Positions 54,701 to 64,000 of a stretch of 64,000 nt of DNA are shown in pieces. The position numbers and the translations under genes were made by a program. Source of the DNA: Squalus acanthias (taxonomy: Eukaryota); assembly GCA_030390025.1 (NCBI GenBank), contig CM059431.1, positions 158,846,001-158,910,000 of the forward strand. Direction: 5' to 3'. A model generated the notes under the pieces. It was not told the origin of the DNA and made no database searches. It worked only from the letters and a program-made list of their open reading frames with translations. Numbering within the stretch: position 1 is the stretch's first letter; every line of letters begins with the position of its first letter.

Positions 54701-56411
54701 TTGTGCTGCTAGAGGTATCTTATTCAAATATGCATTACAATATTTGGCCCGTAATTTCCGTTAGGAGGCTTTCTGCGTCCGCATGCCTCCTATCGGGAAG
54801 AAATCTACGCCCTTACCTGAGGGCTCCCGAGGAGGAGCCATTTCCAATCCTGCGCCTGTCCACAGTAGAAATGCGCAGGGCCCACCTGATCCCAGGGACG
54901 CTTGCGAAGCTCGTGAGCCCCTGAGATAGGTGGACAGGCTAGAGAATAGAAGGGAATCTCCCTTCATACCTTTGACAGATAGACCTGTCAAAGGTATGAA
55001 TGGAGATCACCCCAAAAACAAATCAGAATAATAAATATATTTTTCAAAAGCATCGCATTTTTAAAATGAGTAACATTAATATTAATTTAAATTTTTTAAA
55101 CAAAAATTTAATGTTTTTAAAAAAATAATTAAAGATTTTTACGGAGCTAAAATTAAACTTACCTTATTTAGAAGGACTTTAAAATTATAAGTGAGTGAAA
55201 AAATATATATTTTTTACTTTTTTAAACTGCTGTGCTGGGAAAAGCCGGCCTTACGCGTGCTTTTACCAGGAGTACGATTTTTAAGTGTTTTCAAGAGCGG
55301 ATGCCCTGCAGCGGAAATCACCACCCGCAGAGGCCCTTCTCTGGGGCAAGCGTCCGATCTGCCAAAATGATTCTTGACAGAACGGAAATGCCGATTGTCA
55401 GCGCATGCGCTTCGCATGCCTGAAACCGTATTACCGATGTCCCTACGGTTATGTACACCGAGCGTACTCACACGTTGGCATCGGAAAATACGAGCCATTG
55501 TGTCTTGGCGTGTTCCTTGCAATCCTGAAATTTGGATTAATTGCTCCTTGGATAGGATGCCATTTATGTCCGATTACAGAAACAACAGTAACCCGAATCC
55601 CTGCAGAAATACGGCCAAGGTAAATAGCTTAATTGCAAGACGTTTTCCAGTGAATTATCAGTTGATTAGAGAGTCTCTTTCTGCAGATGGTTTCTGCCTG
55701 TCACTTATGCGGCAGAAATGTTACTTGCTAATTATCCACCAAAACTGGCATGTTGACCAGATCTTGTTGCAAAGGGCATGGACTGTTTAGTTACCTGAGG
55801 AATTGGGAATGGAATTGAACACTGCAATCATCAGCGCACAGCCCAAATTCTGACCGTATGACAGAAAAAAAATAATTGATGAAGCAGCTGACGATATTTG
55901 TGTCGAGGATTCTTCCACCATGAACTCTTAGTTATACCATGAGATGCTGTTCTCTTCTTATTTAATGCATTAAAAACGACAACTTGTGTGACCTTTGAGA
56001 CGACATTAGCTGTAACCTAAGAGCACGCAAAAGGGTGGGTCGTGAGAAGGCTGCTACCATCCATCCCATGGCTATCAAGTCCTCGCGCCATCACACCTCT
56101 GCGGGGAATATACAGTCGCCAGAGAATACAACCGTTACAACAGCAAAGACATGCCGTTCCAGACCGACTTGAATAATCTACCACCAACCCGACGAAATTT
56201 TAGGAGAAAATTTAGACAATTCCAACATATATGTAGCATACCTCATGAATTGTTTCAGTAAACACGTTTGCATCTAAGAGCGACTGACTAACAGCTTCAA
56301 CGAATTCTTCAATTGCCGGTTCTAGTCTCTGACGGTAGCAGCCGATAATTCTTCCAAGCTGGATATCCGTGTAGCTCGCCAACATCAGTAACATTTTAGT
56401 ATCTGAATTTT
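6628..56411 (-). CDS. Predicted spliced gene segment encoding tandem CARD-like death-fold repeats (NLR-like N-terminus), 15 exons A8-B7-A7...B1-A1, incomplete
   Basis: Alternating phase-compatible exons with AG acceptors and GT donors, no stops or indels. A+B has a CARD-like pattern (YRQRLESSIEEFVEAVSQSLLDANVFT / EISTLAE..RRNDASQRIFDT.LEKG...MWNIFLQL...KPKLKATLSEIQ), similar by recall to shark NLR N-termini. No expression data. Confidence 0.75.
8849..9020 (-). CDS. Exon B1 (second half of CARD-like domain)
   Basis: Acceptor ttttttttag|GAA, donor CAG|gtacag; EISTLAESQRRNDASQRIFDTALEKGARGERTMWNIFLQLQNTKPKLKATLSEIQKT; 172 nt. Confidence 0.8.
9150..9380 (-). mobile_element. Old L2-like 3' fragment, repeated next to each B exon
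   Basis: 'aggagcgtct...ttccagagtt...gcacggctaccaatggtgg...gagatcacggaggattgtagggctggagg' resembles the antisense L2 3' region also seen at 62570-62770. Confidence 0.55.
13565..13734 (-). CDS. Exon A2
   Basis: Same splice sites as A1; NSETKMLLMLAIYTDIHLGRIIGCYRQRLESSIEEF...TIHK, open. Confidence 0.8.
15757..15955 (-). CDS. Exon B2 (long form)
   Basis: Acceptor ttttcag|GAA. Proximal donor after 15784 reads AT; in-frame donor AAG|gtatgc 27 nt further on. Confidence 0.7.
20502..20671 (-). CDS. Exon A3
   Basis: Canonical sites; LASYTDIQLGIIIGCYRQRLE..., open. Confidence 0.8.
22698..22869 (-). CDS. Exon B3
   Basis: Acceptor tttttttag|GAA, donor CAG|gtacag; open. Confidence 0.8.
27404..27573 (-). 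CDS. Exon A4
   Basis: Canonical sites; LAIYTDIQLGRIIGCYRQRLESSIEEFVEVV..., open. Confidence 0.8.
29598..29796 (-). CDS. Exon B4 (long form)
   Basis: Acceptor intact. Proximal donor after 29625 reads AT; in-frame donor AAG|gtaggc after 29598. Confidence 0.7.
34341..34510 (-). CDS. Exon A5
   Basis: Canonical sites; same protein sequence as A2. Confidence 0.8.
36534..36732 (-). CDS. Exon B5 (long form)
   Basis: As B2: proximal donor AT, in-frame donor AAG|gtatgc after 36534. Confidence 0.7.
41281..41450 (-). CDS. Exon A6
   Basis: Canonical sites; same protein sequence as A3. Confidence 0.8.
43476..43674 (-). CDS. Exon B6 (long form)
   Basis: Acceptor intact. Proximal donor after 43503 reads AT; in-frame donor AAG|gtaggc after 43476. 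LEMG variant. Confidence 0.7.
45933..46639. mobile_element. MITE M3, unit-specific insertion (PIF/Harbinger-like)
   Basis: TIRs GGCCCAGAAATTA ... TAATTTTCGGGCC. Exact 3-bp TSD ATT (45930-45932 and 46640-46642). The other units show the empty site. Confidence 0.9.
47386..47555 (-). CDS. Exon A7
   Basis: Canonical sites; ...YRQTLESSIEEFLEAV..., open. Confidence 0.8.
49608..49779 (-). CDS. Exon B7
   Basis: Acceptor intact. Both the proximal donor CAG|gtacag and the +27 donor AAG|gtaggc (after 49581) are intact. Confidence 0.78.
52692..54586 (+). mobile_element. Penelope-like retroelement (RT + GIY-YIG endonuclease), 5'-truncated
   Basis: YCLPKIHKANTPGRPIV, LVTMDVSALYTNI, GTAMGT, YIDD, then VVYLIRC...YIGET..TLRQRMNGH in the same frame, with an in-frame stop at 53456-53458. 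Flanked by a 15-bp duplication CTTATTTTAAATATG (52677-52691, 54587-54601). Confidence 0.95.
54504..54542 (+). ncRNA. Minimal type I hammerhead ribozyme in the Penelope 3' region
   Basis: TTAC-CTGACGA-A-GGAGC(gaact)GCTCC-GAAA-GCTT-GTAA: both core boxes, a 5-bp stem II, a palindromic minimal stem III and a 4-bp stem I (TTAC/GTAA). Confidence 0.75.
56242..56411 (-). CDS. Exon A8 (5'-most copy in the window)
   Basis: Acceptor cttgtacag|AA, donor GAG|gtatgc; ...YRQRLEPAIEEFVEAV...TIHE, open. Confidence 0.78.
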
Positions 56412-57249
56412 CTGTACAAGTGTAAATGAGAACAGGTTAAAATACAATATTTGCTTTGAAGCAATGAATAATTTGAACTAACTTTTAGAGCAGCAGCTTT
56501 TCTTTAGAGCCTTTCAAACAGTGAGATGGCCAATGGCGCCTCACAGAGCAGGAATTTAGAGTTAAACTGCCTCTTTTTCGTAGAGTTAAGAGAAACGACC
56601 TAGATGTTGCAACATGTATAGGTTGTTTAAATTAAGTAGGAAGTAAAGAGTGCAGGCCCATAGCAACGGATTCCAGCCAGTGGTGCTAACGACTTTGTTG
56701 GAGTCCGGAGCAGAGGAACCAAAAGTCTGGGTTCCACAGCAAAGGGAGAGGATGGACCAGAAATACAAGAGGGTTTCTGAAGAAGACTGTAGAGCTAAGA
56801 AGCTCGAGACCGCAAAAGGAATTGTAGATGAGTCGGAGTCTTTCACAAATTGTCAGGGATAACAAGTGAATGTCGATCACTGACGAAGGGGATTACGGAT
56901 AAGTGGAAATCTGTTTGAACTTATGAATTGAAGCAGTCGAGCTCTGGAGTTTCTATCTGGCAGTGCAGAAATGTCGTTTAAGGAATCGAGTCTTAACCTC
57001 ACAAAAGCGTGGTTAAATCACGAGCAAATATTCATATGTTATCATATATCCAGAAAATTAACATTAACATATGATGGTTGCGGTTGGTGATCTGAGAATC
57101 CAGGTCGAGATTTATTGCTTGGAATCACCAGATGCTGCTGAGCAATTAGAAATAGTTGTAACTCTCGATTGATTGCCTAAAGAGCTAATAAATAATGCAC
57201 AGATATTTAAAGAAAGTAACAGTAAATGCAAACTCATTCCTTCCTTCTC

Positions 57250-60200
57250 TCCTGTCATTATGCCTCCTTTCATCTCTCCTATCTCGGATACAATGCACTC
57301 CCAATTTCCTGCACCAACAATTCATTGCTCTTCCACCTTCCTACTCTCCTGCTGCCGTCCATCTTAGATAAGTCTACAGCTTCCCTCTGTGCCTCTCTTG
57401 ACATCCTCCGAAAGGCCCACGGTGGCACTCGTTGCAGCCTCCTCACGAGCAGCAACCCCAACTGTATTATGCAACTCTTCCCCCGAACATCCCGCCCAGG
57501 TCGCCCGCTGGGGGCTAATCTTCTCAATCTCCTTCCCGTCCTACTCCCTCCTCCCAGCGCTGAGACTGTGGACACTTGCGGTTGGTTAGACATCACCGAA
57601 CCTCTCCCCATTTTCCTCCGTCAGGGCCATTCTCTTGCGAACCAGGTCCTTGCCAACCATGAGCTTATCGTGATTGAGTGCATCGACATCATGGCCCTGG
57701 TGGAAAATTGGATGAGGCGTGTAGAAGCCTTACCCTTAAGTGAAGCCACCCCGTCTGGCTATACCTTTCATCACTTGCCCTACCCAGACTGCGATGGCGA
57801 CAGTGTGGTTCTCATCACCAAATCACGCCTTGGTCTGTCACCCTACTCCTCCAACACCTTCTCCTCCTTTTGAGCATCTCACCTTATTCCACAACACTCA
57901 CCTCTCATTTAAAGTTCTCGTTCTCTCCCGCCCACCCAAGTACCATTATAATTTATCACCGAGATAGAGTCACTGCTTTCTTTCCTCAGCAATTGCACCA
58001 AGCGACTTCTCATCCTTGGTGATTTCAACCTCCCTCGCAATTCATCATGCTCTCTCTGCTCTGATTTCACTGCCCTCCTATCTGCCCTTAATCTCTAACT
58101 CCAAGTAAACTCCCCAACCCATAATCATGTACACAGCCTCCACCTTGCCATCTCCCGTGGCCTCGCTACTCCCATCGTGTCAATCGCTAGTAAAGCCATC
58201 TCTGACCATTTCCTTCCATCGCTCTACATCTACATCCCCTTCACCCCAAAGACTAATTCATTCTGATGCTGCCCCAGGAAAAAAACTCTCTCCCAACTCT
58301 CTTACAAACGCACTTACGAAATCCCAACTATCCAGCCCTTGGACTCCATGCACCACAACATTTTTGCACCTACCAATCTGCTCTACCATACACTCACCAC
58401 CACCTTCGATGCCATATCCTTATTAAAACAATTACACTGTCTCACCCTGGCTTTTTCAACTGGTCCGGCTCTCATCTTCAATCCCTTGAGTCCAAGCGAT
58501 GCAGACTTGAAAGGATATGGTGGAAAACTGTTTAATTCATTCGCTGCCAGATCTGGCTGCAACAGATAAAGCATTATCGGTCCACCTCTCTTCTGCCAAA
58601 ATTGCTCACTATTCTAGAATAATTCTGGAATGCAAAGCTAAACCCTGGCTTCTATTCTCCATTGCTAACCATCTTCTTAAGCCACTTTCCACGTCTCCTC
58701 CACCCTCAACTCCAACAACAAGTGCGAGAAGCTCAGGAACTTCTTTACTCTAAGATTGAGAGCATGCAATCAGTGGCCTCAGCCACTTCTCTTCCTTCCC
58801 CTAGCCCACCAGGCCAAACCTTCCCTTTTGGCTCCCCCTGCCATAGCCCTGAAATCGCAACTTTCTCCAGCTTCTCTCCGATCTCCCCTCCTGACCTCTT
58901 CGTGCTCATCTTGTCCATGAGTCTCACTTCCTGCTCCATCGACCCTATTCCCACCAAACTGCTGATCACCCAACTTCCTTTTCTGGCTCCTTTTGTAAGC
59001 TGACATTGTTAAGAGTTCTCTCTCCTCGGGTACCGTCCCCCTCTCCTTCCAATCTGCCGTCGTCATCCCCCCACCCCCACCTCAAAACAAACAACCCTCG
59101 ACTCCTCCGTCCTTGCAAATGTACGCTGACGATACCCAGCTCTACCTCACCACCTCTTCTCTCGAAACCTCCACTGACTCTAAATTGTCAGACTGCTTGA
59201 CCGACATCCAATTTTCTCCAGTTAAATATTGGGAAGACATTGTTTTCCATCCCTGCCAACTCCATCCCTCTCCCTAACATCTGTGAGGCCATACTACACT
59301 GTTCGCAACCTTGGTGTCATATTTGATCCTGAAATGAGCTTCCGACCACATATCCGCTGCATAACAATGACTGCCTATTTCCACCTCCATAACATTACCC
59401 GCCTTCACCCCTCCCTCAGCTCATCTGCTGCTGAAACCTTCATCCATGACTTGGTACCTCTAGACTTGAATATTCCAACGCACTCCTGGCAGGCCTCTCA
59501 CGTTCTATCCTACGTAAGCTTGACATCATAATCCAAATCTCGGGTGCTTTTGTTCAAAGTCGCACCAAGTACTGTTCACCCATCACGCATGTCCTCGCTG
59601 ACCTACAGTGGCTCCCTTTAAAAAATACGCCTCGATTTCAAAATTCTCAACCTTGTTTTCAATTCCCTAGATAGCTTTGCCCCTCCCTACCTCCAATCGC
59701 CTTCAGCAAAGGCAATAGGCCTCGACAACATCCCGGCTATCGTGCTGAAGACTTGTGCTCCAGAACTAGCCGTGCCTCCAGGTGAGCTGTTCCAGTACAA
59801 CTACAACACTGGCATTTGTACGACTGGAAAACTGCGCAAGTGTGTCCTGTCCACAAAAAGCAGGACAAATCAAACTTGCCAATTACTGCCCCATCAGTCT
59901 ACTGTCAATCAGGAGCAATCAGCTAGGCATCTTCGACCTTGCTATCAAGCAGCACTTAATGACCAATAACCTGCTCACTGATGCCCAGTTTGGGTTCCGC
60001 AAAGACCACTCGCCTCCCAACCTCATTATAGCCTTTGTCCAAACATGGGCAAAAGAGCTAAATTCCAGAGGTGAGGTGAGAATGACTGCCCTTCACATCA
60101 AGGCAGTATTTGACCGAGTGTGGCATCAAGGACACTTACTCAAACTGAAGTCAATGGGAATCGGGGGGAAAACACTCCACTGGTTGGAGACATACCTAGC

Positions 60201-61558
60201 ATAAAGGAAGATGGTTGTGGTGGTTGAAGGTCAATCATCACAGCCCCACGACATCGATGCAGGAGTTCCTCAGGGCAGAGACCAAAGGACGAACCATTCT
60301 CAGCTGCTTCATCAATGAACTTCACTCCAACATAAGGTCAGAAATGGGTATATTCGCTGACGAATGTACCATGATCAGCGCCATTCACAACTCCTCAGGT
60401 AATGACGTTGTCCAGGCTAGCATGCAACAAGACCTGGGCTGGTAAGTGGCAGCTTCGCTCCACAGAAGTGCCAGGCAATGACTATCTCCAACAAGCGAGA
60501 GTCGAACCACATCCATTGACATTCAACGACATTACCATCGCCGAATCCCCCACCATCAACATCCTGGGGTCACCATTGACCAGAAACTTAACTGGACGAG
60601 CCACATAAATATTATGGCAATAAAAGCAGGTTAGAGGCTAGGTACTCTGAGTCGAGTGTCTCGCCTCCTAACTCGCCAAATCCTTTCCACCATCTACAAG
60701 GAACAGGTAAGGATTGTGATCGAATACTCTCCACTTCCCTGGATGATTGCAGCTCCAACTAAACTCAAGAAGCTCTACACAATCCAGGACAAAGTTGCCC
60801 GCTTGATTGGCACCCCATCCATCAACTTAAACATTCGCTCCCTCCGCCACCGTCGTACCGTGGCTGCAGTCAGTGCCATCTACAAAATGCTCTGCAGGAA
60901 TTCGCCAATAATTGTTCGGCAGCAACTCCCAAACCTGCGACCTCTTCCACGTAGAAGGACAAGGGCAGCAAGCGCAAGGGAACACCATCACCTCCAAGTT
61001 CCCCCCCAAGTCACACACCATCCTAACTTAGAAACATATTGCCGTTCGTTCATCGTCGCTGGGTCAAAATCCTGGAACTCCCTACCTAACAGCTCTGTGG
61101 GAGTACCTTCGCCACACCACCGAGAGCAGCAGTTCAAGAAGGCAACTCATTATCAGCTTCTCAAGGTCAATTAGGGATGGCCAATAAATTCTGTCCTTGC
61201 CAGCGACGCCCAGATCCCATTAACGAATAAAGAAATGACCCCCACCACACCCCCACCTCCGAGATAAATACGCTCCTATAATACTGCCCTCTTGAGCATC
61301 CCTGAATATATTCGCTCAACCACAGCTGGCGCTGCCTTCTGTTTCCTAGGCCCTAAGATCTGGAATTCCCTCCATAAACTTCCTTAAAACCTTCCTCGCT
61401 CCTTGAAACCTTCCTCTTTGACCATGCTTTTATTCATCTGCCCTAATTTTTCCTCATGTTGCTTGGTGTCAATTGTTTGTCATATAATACTCCTGTGAAG
61501 CGCGTTGGGACGCTTTACTACGTTAGAAGCGCTATATAAATACAAGTTGGTGTTGTTG
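57250..61558 (+). mobile_element. Degenerate L2-clade LINE with an internal deletion and a nested insertion
   Basis: Endonuclease remnants (DIMALVENW, GYTFHHLP, LGDFN), SCSIDPIPTKLL, YADD at ~59122 directly after an RT deletion, VRNLGVIFD, and an L2-type tail 'gcgctatataaatacaagttggtgttgttg'. 5' boundary approximate. Confidence 0.85.
59707..61236 (+). mobile_element. Second CR1-clade LINE fragment (RT + 3' end) nested in the L2
   Basis: VLKTCAPELA, QFGFRKDHS, IKAVFDRVWHQG, FADE; many frameshifts; ends 'gccagcgacgcccagatcccattaacgaataaagaaa'. L2 sequence resumes afterwards. Confidence 0.8.
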
Positions 61559-62429
61559 ATCTCCACCACGGAGTTCCAGATAGGCTGCCGTCGGCCAGGA
61601 CTCCGCAATTGGAGTGCCCATTGCTGAGATTTACTCACACAGTGCAGGCGAAAACCAACCTTATTCCTGAGGTGGAGAACATTCTGCAGGGAAATATGGA
61701 GCGGTTGATCATTGATGAATTAAATGATCATTCACACGGTTTTACAGTCTGGTGGTCTAATATATTTACTCACAGATTTTGTTTAATAATTCGGATTTGC
61801 TGAACGTTGACATTAAATTCTGCTAGTTTATGAGTATGATATCTCTCCACACACAATAAACAGCTGGGTGTGATGTCTTCTGTCTCTATGGGCAGTGACA
61901 TTGTCCATGTGTTCATGGAGATGTGTCCTGGTTGTTGCTTCTATTTGAATATATTGACCATATCTCTCATGGTGTCAGCACCTGACTGATGAGCACTTTA
62001 GGAGGTGAGGAAGTTTACCGCTGATCCACTAATATTAACATTAATGAATAATGTTAATAATCCTGTAACTTTAAACAGTGAGGCGATGCACAACATTGAT
62101 TTCTGGAATATATTTAGGTGTCTGACAATCTCAGATTTGGCCATAAATATACAAGTGGTAGATTTGACTGCTATTTTACAATCACAATTCTTCACTTGTG
62201 CGCGTATCTCGATGTGTGTGTGCGCCCACACACGTATGTACAATGAAACTATTAGCCGCGTCCTATCCTTTCCCAACTGCGGAAATGTAGTTTCAGTCTC
62301 GGCTCAGTAATTTCTCGAAATTATAGTTGAATTTATTTTCCGGAATTAATTGAGAACTAATTTTGAAATCTTATAATATTCATTTTTCTGCTTTTTCATA
62401 CCTAGTATAATAAACACAACAGTCACAAA

Positions 62430-63805
62430 AATAACTTGCCTTTACACAGCGCTTTAAACATCGACAAACATCCCAAGGTGCTTCACAGGAGCCGAATCAG
62501 ATAAAAGATTGGTGCTGAAGAAAGGAGCTAGAAGGTGGAGTGGTCCAAAATGTTGGTAAAATAAATCGGGTTTAGGAGCATCTTAGTAGGAGTGGAAGAA
62601 GCTGGAGAGCGTTAGGTGGGGGATTTCAGATAAGAGAACCCGGACAGCCGAGATAACATTCGCCATAGATGTGCTGAGGAGATGGAGAAATGCACTCGCG
62701 CCCAGAGCCGGAGGAATAGAGAGACCTTGGTGGTGGGGGCTTGTACGGCTGAAGGATGTGTCAGAGACAGGAAGGAAAAGGACCATGAAGGGATTTAAAC
62801 GAGGATGCGAATGTTAATTTGGAGGTACTGGGGGACCGGGAGCCAATGTAGGTTCGCAAGGACAGGGAAGATCGTTGAGCAGCATTTTGGATCCACCCAA
62901 GTTTACGGAGAGTAAAAGGACAAAGCCGACCCGGAGAGCACTAGAAATATCGAGTCTACAGGTGATCAAAGCAAGGATGAGGATTTCAGCAGCAGATGGA
63001 CTGAAGCAGGGATAAAGATGGGTGATGTTACGGAGGTGGAAGCAGGCGGTGTTTGTGATGGAGAAAATATCGGGTCGGAACCTCAGCTTGTCGTCATATA
63101 GAACGCTGAGGTTGTAAACTTTCTGGTTCAATCGGAGACACTAGATGGACGGGGATGGAATCGCCACAAGGGAAAACAATTTGTGGCGGGGGTCGAAGAC
63201 CCTGTCTTCGGTCTTACCAATGTTTATTTGGAGAAACGTGTAGCATATCTCAGACAGGCTGTCGGACAAGCAGCGTGAGAAAGCAGAGTCAGTGCAGGTG
63301 GCGGGAGAGGTGGTGTAGAGGTGGAGAAGATAATTGTTGGCGTACATGTGAAAGCTGATCACTTGTCTTCGGATAATGTCTCCAATGTGCAGCATGCAGA
63401 TGAGAAATAAGAGGGGGAGAGAGGGGATCTACGGGAGTCTCCAGGGTAACAGTGCGGCAGAGGGAAGTGAAGCCCTTGATGAAAATTCTCTGGGTAAGAC
63501 TGGATGGTTAAAAGTGAACCCAAGCAAGGACAGTCCCACTGTGCTGGACAACGGAGGAGAGGCGGTGGAGGATGTTGTGCTGGACCGTGTAAACGCTGCA
63601 GAGGTCAAGAAAAATGAGGGGGGATAATTTACCACTTTCGCAGGCATAGAACGTTTCATTTCTGACTTTTATTATTGTCAGTTCAGTGCTGTGTCAGGAG
63701 CAGAAACTCGATTGGAGATATTCAAATATGAAGTTGTGAGAAAGATGGGCAGAGATTCGTGAGGCGACAAAACATTGAGGGGAAAGGGAGGCTGGAGATG
63801 GAGAT
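62430..63805 (-). mobile_element. Degenerate L2-clade LINE
   Basis: Antisense L2 tail at ~62432 (aacttgcctttacacagcgc). Minus-strand ORF remnants GDIIRRQVISFHMYANN (degenerate YADD) and FHLRNITHL...AAEILILALITCRLD. Confidence 0.8.
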
Positions 63806-63864
63806 ACACATGTCTAACTCTTCAGCCACGTGGAAAACTGTGTGCATCCCTTGGATCAAACTCT

Positions 63865-64000
63865 CTCACAGAGTCATAGAGTTATACAGCACAGTAAGAG
63901 GCCTTTCGGGACCGCGCTGCCATCATGCCCTGTCTATTTGAATCCCATTTTCCAGACTTGGTCCGTAGCCTTTTAAGCTATGGCGTTTCAAGTGCTCATC
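63865..64000 (-). mobile_element. 3' end of a CR1-like element running off the window
   Basis: 'acagagtcatagagttatacagcacag..aggcctttcgg' resembles an antisense CR1 microsatellite tail and stem-loop. Confidence 0.55.

Larger units (their letters stand above)
3085..57248. repeat. Tandem array of ~8 copies of a ~6.9-kb unit containing an exon pair
   Basis: Exon A recurs at 6628, 13565, 20502, 27404, 34341, 41281, 47386 and 56242. Spacings are 6937, 6937, 6902, 6937, 6940, 6105 and 8856; the last two are explained by unit-specific indels. Homology ends at ~57248. Confidence 0.97.

Noticed and set aside
3085..57248. rDNA, histone or tRNA cluster, CRISPR array, or assembly artefact as the explanation for the array
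   Set aside because: No such genes or repeat-spacer structure were seen. Units differ by many substitutions and unique insertions, so the array as a whole is not a simple artefact; the 20.8-kb-offset block still needs read support.
61998..62310. Overlapping 92-aa and 101-aa ORFs on opposite strands
   Set aside because: No recognisable domain or splice support; consistent with chance ORFs.

Overview
Vertebrate genomic DNA; the CR1, L2 and Penelope families and GGCCC-ended MITEs point to a cartilaginous fish, probably a shark (inferred from recalled repeat sequences). Positions 3085-57248 are a tandem array of about 8 copies of a ~6.9-kb unit. It looks like repeat DNA, but each unit carries a minus-strand exon pair: exon A (170 nt, phase 1 to 0) and exon B (172 or 199 nt, phase 0 to 1). 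Spliced A+B encodes a ~114-123 aa CARD-like death-fold domain resembling, from memory, the N-terminus of elasmobranch NLR (NLRP3-like) proteins. All 15 exons are open and indel-free with canonical acceptors. They predict one ORF of ~890 aa with 7 complete domains plus a half domain, continuing beyond the left edge. Unit introns hold Harbinger-like MITEs with conserved hairpins and old LINE fragments. Unit-specific events are a CR1 LINE, a 1.5-kb deletion, a new MITE with an ATT target-site duplication (TSD), and a Penelope element with a minimal hammerhead ribozyme. The right flank is degenerate L2/CR1 elements around a short unique segment. No database search or alignment was run.
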